Made by a program: the position numbers and the translations under genes | DNA from: a virus | Virus record (IMG/VR): IMGVR_UViG_3300037249_000310 | Span: 3,997 to 67,996 of that record | Length of the DNA: 64,000 nt | Strand: one strand, 5' to 3' | Shown here: piece by piece, positions 9,767 through 21,200 of the stretch | Position numbering within the stretch: position 1 is the first letter of the stretch | How the letters are laid out: each line of letters opens with the position of its first letter | The notes under the pieces: model-generated | Seen by the model: only the letters and a program-made list of their open reading frames with translations | Databases searched by the model: none | Told to the model about the DNA's origin: nothing

Positions 9767-10083
9767 CTAAAAAGAAAACTACACATGTACTTGAAACAAA
9801 TAAGGAGCGCGTAATTCGAGAGCTTAAGCAAATGGGTTACGATCTCCAAATGACAGCTGAAGAGGCTGTCGAGAATTTTGCGCATAAGCCAGACTCAGTG
9901 GTATCATTTGATGAAGCAGAAACGATTTCATACTTTAATAACGGAGAGGTTAACATATCACTTACGGGCTTTGACCTGCTGGAGCGTGAAGTTGTTGAAG
10001 AAAACCTCAAGCTACTCGCTAACGCTATTGAAGATGATGTACATGTTTGCTTAAGGAGGGTAATCAATGAATATACTAAATGA
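9763..10083 (+). CDS. putative neck/tail completion protein
   Basis: Overlapping ORF in the neck module; assigned on synteny only. Confidence 0.5.
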   Translation: MTKKKTTHVLETNKERVIRELKQMGYDLQMTAEEAVENFAHKPDSVVSFDEAETISYFNNGEVNISLTGFDLLEREVVEENLKLLANAIEDDVHVCLRRVINEYTK

Positions 10084-10480
10084 ACTTGTTGACTACCTTG
10101 CTGCAAAGATACCAAGCCTTGAGCCTGGTGACAATCTGTTTTATAACTCTTTACCTGACGAACCAAACGATGCTATACTTCTACAGCAGCTTCCTCGTAC
10201 GATGGCAGTGCCATCACAGATAGACGGAGCTTGCTACATAGTAGAGGTAACATCTCGTAGCGAGTCTAATGAGACTGCATATGAAAATGGTAGAGTAGCT
10301 TACAGATGGCTGTATACAGATAAAGCTGATACAGATGATGCAGATGGTCTAATTCGTTTAGAAAGCGGATTAGATGTAGCTACAGTTATGTTAGGCGAGC
10401 CAGTTTGGAAGCAGACTGATGACAAAGGTAGAAAGTATTTCGTATTCAGAGTACGAGTATTTTCACATAGAATTATTTAA
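10067..10480 (+). CDS. tail terminator (minor capsid 3-like)
   Basis: LFYNSLPDEP...DDKGRKYF pattern; precedes the tail tube gene. Confidence 0.65.
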   Translation: MNILNELVDYLAAKIPSLEPGDNLFYNSLPDEPNDAILLQQLPRTMAVPSQIDGACYIVEVTSRSESNETAYENGRVAYRWLYTDKADTDDADGLIRLESGLDVATVMLGEPVWKQTDDKGRKYFVFRVRVFSHRII

Positions 10481-10497
10481 TAAGGAGGAAATCAACT

Positions 10498-11376
10498 ATG
10501 GGAAAACCAGTCGCAATAGGTCTAACAAACCTACACTACGCAATTCTTCTAGAAGACCGTGCACCACGTACAAACGGTCCTTCTGACCTTGGTGAAATTG
10601 CTTATAAAGATCCAGTGAGACTTCCTGGTGCAATTACAGCAAATTTCTCACCAAATGCATCCAACGACACTCTGTTCGCTGATGATGGTCCTTATGATAC
10701 AGCTTCTACACTCGGTGCTATGACACTCGAGCTTAACGTTGCTGATATTCCGCCACAGCACAGAGCAGTGCTTCTTGGTGCAACTTATGACAGTAGCACA
10801 GGCCTTGTAAAGGATTCTTCAAACGATATCCCGCCATATGTTGCTGTTGGTTGCTCAGTTAAGCTATCAAACGGCGCAGACAGACTTATCTGGTATCTTA
10901 AGGGCAAGTTCTCTGCACCTGATGATAACAACCAGACAAAGGCTGACTCAATCAACTGGAACACACCTACCATCACAGGCAACTTCCTTAAGAGAGACTA
11001 TGATGATAACTGGCGTTTCAGCGTTGATACATGCGATGAGCACTATACCGGCTCTAAGACTGATTTCAGCGCTTGGTTTACAGCCAATACCCTTGTTGCA
11101 GGTGACTACTCCGGCGGCAGTGGTTCTACACTCGCTGTTTCAGTAGCTCCTACAACAGCAACAGTAGCTCCTGAGGGTACACAGCAGCTTACAGCAACAG
11201 CATCAGATAATACAGCAACAATTACTTATGCATCTAACAATGCTAAGGTTACTGTTTCTGATACTGGCCTTGTAACAGTCGCAGCTGATGCAACAGGCAC
11301 AGCAACAATCACTGTTACTGCTACTAAGGGTGGCAGCACAGCAACTGCAACAAGTGTAATTACTGTCGGCGATTAA
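10498..11376 (+). CDS. major tail (tube) protein, phi13-like, with C-terminal Ig-like (Big_2) domain
   Basis: IGLTNLHYA, LFADDG, PPYVAVG, WYLKGKF motifs; Ig-like tail TQQLTAT...VTVSDTGLVT...ATITVT. Confidence 0.9.
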   Translation: MGKPVAIGLTNLHYAILLEDRAPRTNGPSDLGEIAYKDPVRLPGAITANFSPNASNDTLFADDGPYDTASTLGAMTLELNVADIPPQHRAVLLGATYDSSTGLVKDSSNDIPPYVAVGCSVKLSNGADRLIWYLKGKFSAPDDNNQTKADSINWNTPTITGNFLKRDYDDNWRFSVDTCDEHYTGSKTDFSAWFTANTLVAGDYSGGSGSTLAVSVAPTTATVAPEGTQQLTATASDNTATITYASNNAKVTVSDTGLVTVAADATGTATITVTATKGGSTATATSVITVGD

Positions 11377-11385
11377 ACAACATGA

Positions 11386-11412
11386 ATACGGGCGTGCTCA
11401 ATGCGCCCGTAT
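11386..11412 (+). terminator. stem-loop after the tail tube gene (weak terminator or processing stem)
   Basis: ATACGGGCGT/GCGCCCGTAT stem; no U-tract. Confidence 0.4.
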
Positions 11413-11437
11413 AATCTAATAGAGGAGAAGATTGACC

Positions 11438-11977
11438 ATGGAAGAAAATATCCAGAAAACAGAGCCTGTAAACAGCTCTACAATATTTAAGCCTGAAGCT
11501 ATAACTCTTGAACTCGGCGGTGAAACCTATTCACTTATCTTCGATATGAATGCATTCTGTGAGCTTGAGAAGATCTATAAAACCATCAATGCCGTCATTA
11601 AGAAAGTCTTGGGCGGCTCAGCTAAAGAGCACAAGGTCTTTTATAAGGATGAGCTTATCGAGGCAAATACGATCACAGTAGATGGTAAGCCACTCGTAAG
11701 CGTTCTTAATGAACTTGATAAGGAAGCTAATGAAACAGCAACAGCAACAGACACAATAAATATTCTTTATTGTGGTCTTATGCATGACCTTGCAATCTAC
11801 AATGAGCATGACGAGCTTATCGGCTATAAAAAGTCAAAGCATGAAATTGCGAGTCATATAACTCTAAGCAATTTAAAAGAAGTAAACATTAAACTGGTTG
11901 CTGCTTTTGTACAGGACCTTGTACCTAATATTGCAGAGTTAAAAAACGAGACGGGGGCAGAGGAAGTAGCACAGTAG
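11438..11977 (+). CDS. tail assembly chaperone (gpG-like)
   Basis: Between tail tube and tape measure; LIFDMNAFCELE; slippery A AAA AAC near the 3' end. Confidence 0.85.
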   Translation: MEENIQKTEPVNSSTIFKPEAITLELGGETYSLIFDMNAFCELEKIYKTINAVIKKVLGGSAKEHKVFYKDELIEANTITVDGKPLVSVLNELDKEANETATATDTINILYCGLMHDLAIYNEHDELIGYKKSKHEIASHITLSNLKEVNIKLVAAFVQDLVPNIAELKNETGAEEVAQ

Positions 11978-12192
11978 GCTCTTCTGCGCTCAATAAGGTG
12001 GATGAACCTTATGACTGGGCTCGCCTCTACTACATAGGCACAGTGATTCTTTTAATGTCACCAAAGCAATTTTGGCGCATGCGACCTAAGCAATTAAATT
12101 TGCTTTCACAGGTCCATAGTGAAATGGTTAACCCAAAACATTCAAAGAGTCAAGAAATACAATATGCTGATGAGGCCCCCTTCTTGATATAA
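11941..12192 (+). CDS. -1 frameshift extension of the tail chaperone (gpGT-like)
   Basis: Heptamer A AAA AAC at 11941-11947; the -1 frame is open to 12192 and encodes ...MSPKQFWRMRPKQL, typical of gpT. Confidence 0.8.
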   Translation, partial: KKRDGGRGSSTVGSSALNKVDEPYDWARLYYIGTVILLMSPKQFWRMRPKQLNLLSQVHSEMVNPKHSKSQEIQYADEAPFLI

Positions 12193-12197
12193 TGAAC

Positions 12198-12233
12198 ATA
12201 GCTTGTAGGCGGCCTCCTACAAGCTATTTTTTA
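12198..12233 (+). terminator. intrinsic terminator/attenuator before the tape measure gene
   Basis: 12-bp perfect stem ATAGCTTGTAGG/CCTACAAGCTAT followed by a T-run. Confidence 0.75.
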
Positions 12234-12250
12234 TTTTAAGGAGTGATGGT

Positions 12251-15200
12251 ATGTCAATACTAGAAAATATTACCCTTCAAATGAATTTAGATGACCGAAA
12301 GTTTGAACGTGAATTTAAAAGCACGACAGATGTAGTTAATAGACAGATGGATGCTTTAACGCTTGGTGCATCAGCATTTGAAGAAAAATGGTCAGATATT
12401 ACATCAAACATTCGTAGCGTAAAGCGTGTAGCCTCTGGTCTTGCTATCTCTGCAGCTATCTATGCTGTAACAGGTGCAATAACTGGGGCTTCTTCTGCTA
12501 TACTGGCATTTAGGAATAATCTGGAAGCTTCAAAGATATCTATGGAATACTTTGCTAAGAATGCAAGTCAGGCTAAAGAGTATATCCGTGAACTTGAAGA
12601 TTTTGCAGCATACACTCCTTTTAATACTGAAGGCGCAATAAGCATGGCACAGTATCTCCAGGCTATGAGCGTGCCAATCAATAGCTCAAAGGCGGTACTG
12701 AAAGTAGTCTCTGATACAGCTGCAGCTACTGGTGCAACAGAAGAAAATATGCAACGCATAGTAACAGCTCTTGGCCAGATACTCACAAAAGGTAAGCTGG
12801 CCGCTGAAGAAGTTAGACAGCTTGCAAATGCAAACATTCCAATTTATGATATCCTTAAAGAGCAGCTTAAGCTTACTGGTCAAGAGATTAAGAATCTTGG
12901 TAATCTAAATATAAATGCAAGTAAGGCAGTAGTAGCAATCCTCGATGGCCTAAATGAGCGCTATAAAGGTGCATCTGAGAAAATTGCAAATACCCTTGGT
13001 GGCATGACAGAGACTATAAAAGATGATGCTCTTATCATAAGTGAAGCTTTATTTCATGGCACAATTGATAGGTTTGAAGTAAAGGTTACAAAGATTCGTG
13101 ATAGACTTGATGAATGGCGTGATATAGCACTTCATTTTGGTACTGGTGGTATGATTACAGCTATCATAGAAGATTTGGACCCTGAGGGCAAGCTTAATTT
13201 AGAGCAGTATGTTATGGCTGCTGTTGCAGGCTTTAAGAACCTTGGTGAGACAATACAAGACTTCACAACTCATAATGGCAATCTTTTAAAGACATTTTCA
13301 GCAACAGCCTACTCAGGTATAATGTCTATAACAATTGCTGCCGACTATCTACTACGTGCCTTTAACACAGTGCAGCGAGCAGGCGAGAGTCTGATAGACA
13401 TTGTCAATAGATTTACAGGCATGTCACTTACTCTTAGTGATGTTGTAGCTGGTCTACTCGTATTTAAGACTGTTGGCAGTACTTTATATTTTGCAGGTAA
13501 TACTGCATTATGGGCTGGCAAGCAGTTTGTAACACTTGGTACAAGTCTGGCATCTATGATACCAATGGTCAGCTCAGCAAATGCTTTAACGCAAGGCTTA
13601 ACAGCTGGTCTTATATCTTTAGGTGCTGCTGCTCTTACAGCCTATCTTGGCTTGAAGGCTGTTCAGGCAGCTACTGCTATTTCTGACAATTCTTCTCTAG
13701 TCACTGATGAATATACTAAATCATTTGAAGCTTATAATGAGGAGCTTGAAAAGTATAGAGATTCTTTAAATGAAGACTACTCTTCTATAGCCGATAACTG
13801 GGCTGCTCAGATGTCTGGTGCATTAGATGATACAGAGAAGAAAGCTAAGAAAACGGCTAAGAAAATTGAGAAGACATGGCTTATGTCTTTTGATGAAGTC
13901 TTTCAGATTCGCGAGGACCCTATTACTGAAGGTCTTAATGATGAGCTAGAAAAGTTTGAAGACATAGACTGGGGCAAATTTTTTACTCTACCTGAATTTA
14001 GATTTCCTAAGAGACTTATTGAAGAGCTTGAGGAGCCTACATATAGCTTAACAGATGCAATAAACACAGCACAGGAAGAAGTAAGCATCTTAAATGGCTT
14101 TATGCCTGCACTAATTCTCAGCACTTCCACTATTAGGGCAGCAATTAAGAACAGAAAAAACTTTCTTGATGAGCTACGTAAAAATACACCTAATGACCCA
14201 GATGGTGGTGCACCAGATGATGTACTCAATGACCGTGAACTAAAAGCTAAGCTTGATGAGCGCTACAAGCAGAATGCTGCAAACAACAGAGATCTTGTTA
14301 ATGCTATAAAAGAATATGATAGCATAATAAAAGATACAAATACTATTGTCAGCAAAATAAATGATGTAGATAAAAAGATATCCACTACTAATTCACAGAT
14401 TCATGCTCTTCAGTTTGATAAAGCAACCGATTCTACTGCTAAGCAGATTTCTGAATTACAAGCTACAGTAAAGTCTTTGCAGACTGAACGCGCATCATTA
14501 GTGGCACAGCTACCTTTGGAAACACGTCGTATTCAGGCAGAAGAAATTATAGCTGCTGATATTCATGAAATAAAAGATGGTCTCAAAGTTATAAGTAAGA
14601 ATCAGGCACGTTTAGGTACTTATACAGATGTTAATAGATCAGGCTTAGAGGCTGCTACAGGCTTTGAAGATGCAGTAAAGCTAAATAATATCCTTAGTGC
14701 CTCATACACTAAGCTGGTCGATATTTCTGATGCAGCTGAGCAGCATAGTGATAGCTTGCAGCGACTTATTAAAAAGCCAGATGACCAGCTACTCATTAAC
14801 GCCGCAAATGCAGCAGGCCTACGCCTTGACACACTACATGATGCATTGTCTTCTGATCTTGCTAAAATTAGCGATAAGATTACTAAAATACAATCTACAC
14901 GCAGTTTAAATAGTATAAGTACAGATAAGTTCTATGGCATGATAGAAACATTTGGCACCTTAACAAAAAATGAGCTCGCAAACTTAGGGCATATAATAAG
15001 TATGAACAATCCTAAAGAGATTATTGAGATTGTTAAGACACTTCCAGCAGACACAGATCGCTTACTTAAGTACATGGAGCAGTATGTTGCACTTGTAGAT
15101 GCCTTTAAGCTGCCCGTAGACAGAGAACTTTTAGGTGCTCAGGAGAAAGCTGCACAGGCCATTGCAGAGTATGGTAGAGAATTCAAGAAATATGCTACCG

Positions 15201-18200
15201 CATATAATAAGTGGTCAGTACAGCAGTATGCATATAGTAACGGCGGCCGAGTTATTAATACACATATAGAAGAGGCAGAAAGTGCTCTAAAAGAAGCAGC
15301 ACAGAACTTAATAAATTATCAGGAAGCAGTACGTCTTATGCAGCCAGAGGTCAGAAAAAGCATGACCTTATTAGAAGAGCTAAAAGGCGTTACTAATAAT
15401 ATTCATGGCAACAAAAGTACAATAGGTAATGAGTATGTTAGCAATGTATACAGCTTAGTTAGAGAGATAGAAAAAACAATAACAGGAGATACTGTATTTT
15501 CTACCCAAAATCCAGCCTTGCTTCGCTTTTTTGAACGTGCACATAAGGATATAATAAAAAAGCTTGATACTATAGGCCCAGGCATAACTAAAACTTTGTC
15601 TATTGAATTACTCAATGACATAAAGCCATACATATATGGTGATGATGTAGACCGCCTTATGCCTAGCACTAAAACTAGTGCTGAATATAAAGCTGAAGTA
15701 CAGAGGCTGGTGGCAGAGTTAGATAAAAGCAACATACAGCGTGGCCGAGAAATTATTTCAGAGCTATATAAGCTACGCCTCCCAACTGATAAGCGTAATG
15801 AGCTTGAAAGGGCCGAGTCAGCCTTTGAAACAACAGCAAAAGAGAGTTTAAATACTAAGATTGTTGATAACATTTACACATTAGAAGTAAGTAAGGCTAA
15901 AAGTCTTGATATTATTGGCGAGGAAGTACGTCAATATTTAAATAGACCTAAAAGCCCAGCAGAAATACAGGTATATAAGAATATACAGGATATCATTGAA
16001 AGTGCTACAGATATTAATAAGCAGCTATACAACAGGCTTACGCAGGCAGCAATACATAGTGACAATGCACAAAAGCTCCTAAATAAGCGTGGAATTACCT
16101 ATAAAAGTGATATAGACGAAATATTTGAGAGATCAGGCATTGCTAAGTATTTTGCTGAAAATGCTGAAACTGAAGGTGTAAATAATTCTTTTCATGCACA
16201 GCTTGAAAGAGCTACACAAGTAGTAATGCAAAAAAGTGACGTCAATAGATTAATTGCTGATATTAAAACGCGAGGTGCTAAACTCGAAGATATCATAGCA
16301 AAGCTAGCAGACGAGCTTAGGAGTCTTGGTATTCCTAACAATGACGTGCTCAATGAACTTGCACAAATTGCACAAGGTGATCATCCAACATTCAATCTAG
16401 AAAAAATTATTGCAGATTTAAATGCAAGCAACGATGTAAAGAATGCCGTAGGTTCAATTGAGGCTTTTCAAGCAAATCTAAAGTCTGGTGCATATGGTAC
16501 ACAAATATCAGAAGATGCTGCCCGTGTATTAGCAAGGCCATGGAATACAACTAAGCTTGAAGAACTTCAGCAGCATATTTTGAATTTAGCTGACAAGCAA
16601 TTAGAGCTTGCTGCAGTTGTTAAAAAATTTTATGACCAGTCTATGCTCAAAACCAAGGATCTTACACTCAAGATAGATGCTGCTAGTGTACAGAAACTAG
16701 CTACAGAGTATCGGGACATACTTAATGAGCGATTACAACTTTTCACAGACGAAATTACTAAAAATGATATAAAGACTAGCTTTGAAAAACTTGAGGAAAT
16801 GTATGCTAAAAGTAGTACAAACGGTACTGCAAATACAGTAGACTTCAAGGCATTAACTGGTGCAGATATCGAATCGAAAGTAGCCACTGAATCGGCTTAT
16901 ATATACCAAGACTTATATCGTAAGCTAGGTATTTTATCTTCACCTTCTTCTGCTGCACTGGCCAATTTACGTTTAGGTCTATTTGAGGGTAGCATCACTG
17001 AACAAGGTACTACTGCACAGAGTGCTATACAGCATATGCTTATGGGTGGTCTCTCAGATGAGATTGCTGTAAGTACAAATCAGTTAATTCAACGTGGTAT
17101 GGGCGAGGCCTTTAATACACGCTTACGCAGTGTATTGGATGATATATTTAAGGGAGCAGTCTATCAAGGTGCTACTGGTGCCGATGTTACAGGCCAGTTA
17201 GGTGTTAAATTATCAGACATTGTACAAGTAGGTAAGAAGACTTATGGTCTTGTACAACGTATACTAATATCTGACAAAGCAAATAAGGCAATTCTTAATA
17301 AGATAACTACATCACAAAAGCGTACTACACAAGGTATTGAGTTTATCAAGCTTGATTTAGACGCGTTCGTTAAGGAGTATAAAGCAATAGCACCAGATGT
17401 AGTTAGTAAGGTAGTAAGCGATATAGTCGGTGCTCCTAAGCTTAAAGGAATGGTGCTGTCATTCTTTGACGCCAGTGTCTCAGCCTTTGATCCTATACGT
17501 GACGCTGTAAACGTTGCAAAGCAATCCCTTGTTGGTACTCCTGAGGAGCAAATAGAGAGAATAAAAAATGTTGTTGCTGATAAAATGCTCACGGGTCCTA
17601 CTAATGATGCATATAGCAAAAACATGTACAATTTGCTCATTACATACTCGAAAGAGCAGCGTGAAGCATATACTGCTATGTATAAAGAACAGGCACAGCT
17701 AATAAAGGATGCTGTAAATGTACTTACCATCGCTAGACTAAATAAAATAGATATACCTCTTGATACAACAACGCTTCTTGGTACTACTGCAACAACAGCA
17801 ACACGTTATTCTACTATCGATGTTCGTGATATCAGTGATGCAGGTGAGCTATTTAAAGAAGCTTTAGATTCAAATGCCGAAAAAACGCCAGAAATGGTAG
17901 AGGCTATTGAAACACTACAGAAGCGCTTAAGCACTTTCTCAAGATATGTACGTAACATCACTGACTATAGCATTAAAAAGGGTGAACTTATAAGCCTACG
18001 TAACGAGCTTGCTGGATTTAAAGAACAGCTACAGCTAGGTCAACTAATGCCAACACGTACTACGGGTATACCGGGTGATACAGAAGGCACTATATATAAT
18101 TTTGCACTTAGTACTTTAAGTGATGACATGAAGAAGGCTTTAAGTACTACACTTGATGATGCTGAAAAGCTTATTGACAAGGTAGTACCTGCTACACTTG

Positions 18201-21200
18201 TTACATATAATGATGTAAGTAGTAGAATTATACGCACAATCAATGCAGCCATAGATTCAGGTAAAGATATCCAAGTACAACTAAATATGCTCGATACCGA
18301 CTTTCAAATATTGATTAAGGCAGCAGAAAAGCTTGAACATGCATATGGCTTAGATAACACAATTTCTAAAATGTGGCAAGGCCTAAGAACGAACTGGAAC
18401 TTTGACATGCTTAAAGTTGCGGACCCATTTAGATATCTTAATCTTGAAGAGACAGTAGGTAAGATGGTAGCCGACTTAACGGCAAAAACTAATTCACTTC
18501 CTAAATTAACTACAATCACAAATAAAGGTTTACTTACAGAGCTCACACAGCAAGATACTAACCCACTTAACTTAACTGAGGAGCTCTCTGATCTTGATAT
18601 AAAGAGACTAAAAGAGCTAAAAAAGAACTATCGTGATACCATCAAGGATGCAGCTAAGACATCACAGCCAGTAGTTGGTTCTGGTGTTAAAGTACCAGTA
18701 ATAGGCTTGTCCGAGCAAGCAGCACTTAATTCAACACTTGATTCTGAAGCAGTTAATGCAGCACTTAAAATACTCATGTCACAGGCTGCAGACAAAAGTG
18801 GACAGAGCAGTGCAAAAGAGGCTATTGATGCAGCTTCTAAGGGTACTGCAAGTGCTGGTCCTGCACTGCCAGATAACAAGCAAACAGTATTCATTGTTAA
18901 AATTAAGGATGCAATAGATGACGTTTTTGATGACTGGACTTTTAATGACTGGACACTTAATGAATGGAAAAATGAAGTAGAGGCCACAAGTTTAAGATAC
19001 TTAGCTAGACAGAATGCAGCTGCAGAGGCTTGGGAAGCTGCACGTAAAGCAGCAGAGCCTGAGGCATTTACACAGGACATAGATGAGCTTATTAAGGAAG
19101 TTAAAGAGGCCTATAGTGCACGTACTGGTAAGCCTGATGCCTTTACTCAGGATATAGATGAGCTTATTAAGGAAGTTAAAGAGGCATACGCAAGTCATGT
19201 TAATTATGATAAAGTAGCAACTGATTCTTTTGAATCCTTTAAAAATTCTGATGAGTTCTCTGAATTCTTCAAAGACTTTGGAAAAAATCTTGATGATACA
19301 TATATAGATCCAACCATTAAGGCAAGACAGTATATGGACAGTATAACAAAGTCAAGTGGCTTAACAAATAACAAGTGGGCTAATCTGGCGCTAGCAGGAG
19401 ACACTGATGCACTAGACGCATTACGTCCTACAATGTCAACAGAAGAGGCTATGAAGTTTACTGATGCCTTTAAAGACTTCTATAAAGACTGGGATGATAA
19501 TGCTCTTAATGCTGCTCTACGTGGTGATTCATTTGGTGAGTTTGCAACAGCAGACGAATTTGGTAAAGCATTTGAAGAGCACCTGAAAGAGGCATTTGGT
19601 GATTCATTTGATGACTTTGAAGAAAAAGTATTTGCAGCAAATAATGAAACACTGACTAAAGGTCCACTAGCTGCCCGTGCTTATGCTGACTTTGCTAATG
19701 CTCTTCAGAACAATAGCTTTGTCAATAAAATGCTAATGCCAAATGACCTTGGTTTAACAGGTATTGACTATGCTGCTGCACTACAGCGTTCAGTAGAAGC
19801 TTTGAGTACTGGTGCAGAAGAAACAATGGCAGCACAGCAGCGCTGGCAGGATATTAACAGTAAGTATGCTATTCAAGGACTAGACAGAAAAGGTGAGGTA
19901 GATACTAATGGTAATGCAGTAGACCTTCTTGATGCAGCAGAAGTTGGTGGCTGGAGCTTACTCATTGAAGGTGCATTAACTTCTATACTATCTTCAGCTA
20001 TTACTGGTGCAGTAGCTGGTTCTACCACAGCACCTGGTGTAGGTACCGTTGCAGGCACGATAGCAGGCCTTGTTGCAGCAACTGCAGCAAGCGTAGGTAT
20101 GGCACTCACAGGCTCTTTTGACTACTCGAATATTGCAAGTGAAGAAATCAAAGAAATGCTGAATAACACTGACTTTGCATATTCACAGGCAAAGCAGCAA
20201 GGAGCATCTGATAAAGAAGCACGTGAAATGCAGAATAAAATTGCACGTGATCTTTACTTACAGTACTATAATGACATGTCTAGCTTCTGGTCAATGTATG
20301 ATAAGGCCGATATCAAGGCACTATCGGGAAGTAGACATGCAACTAACGAATATGGCACAGGTGCATCAGTAGTGGCATTTCGTGAAGCAATAGCAGAGCT
20401 AACAGGTAATAAAACAAATCTGCATAGATATACGCCTAACGAAGATAGCAATATTCAATATTTAGCTGATGAAGCTGGTAATATACAAGCAGTAGCATAT
20501 GATATAGAAAAAGTATATCAGCAGCTATATACGCTGTATACTACAGGCGGTATGCAGAATATTGAGGACTATAACAATAAGAGCTGGTTCGGCAAATTAA
20601 AATCAGGCTTTGATGGTACTGGACTTACTACACTTGAGTCTGACTGGATGTGGAATCTTAAAGATGTAGATAAGCTTACAAAAGCCAGAATGGATGATCT
20701 ATTCAAGCTTGAGATAGATGCAGCCGAGTATATAAAGACACACGGTGAAGAGCAGGTAAAGAGCTTACTTGCAGCATATGACATCTCAGCTAATAATATG
20801 CAGCAGATGATTGAGGGTATAATAAATCTTTACAATAGATCTGTTGAAATGTTCAATCAAACAATAGAGGCTAAAGCTGCATATATAAATGCTGGAACAG
20901 TAGGAACAGTAGACCTTGATGCTATAAGTGCAGGAACAGGCACAGTTAGTAGACTGCTGCAGGGTGATTTATCGGGCGTCGATACTCAGTATCTTGATGC
21001 ACTGGCAGATGCAACAGGCATTTACATCAATGCTATGTCTGATACTCTCTACTCATTAACTGCTGACATAGCTGATGTACGTGACAAGATGACTGGCTTT
21101 ACAGTCACATTCCCTGACACAATAAAAGTAGGTTCTGATACAATCGAGGTTAAGAGCATTCTATCTGATACTGATGCAGTAGAGATATTAAATGGTATGG

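Noticed and set aside
11384-11420. Fifth late promoter (CGTATAAT at 11408)
   Set aside because: No upstream box at -24, and the CGTA is part of a hairpin stem.
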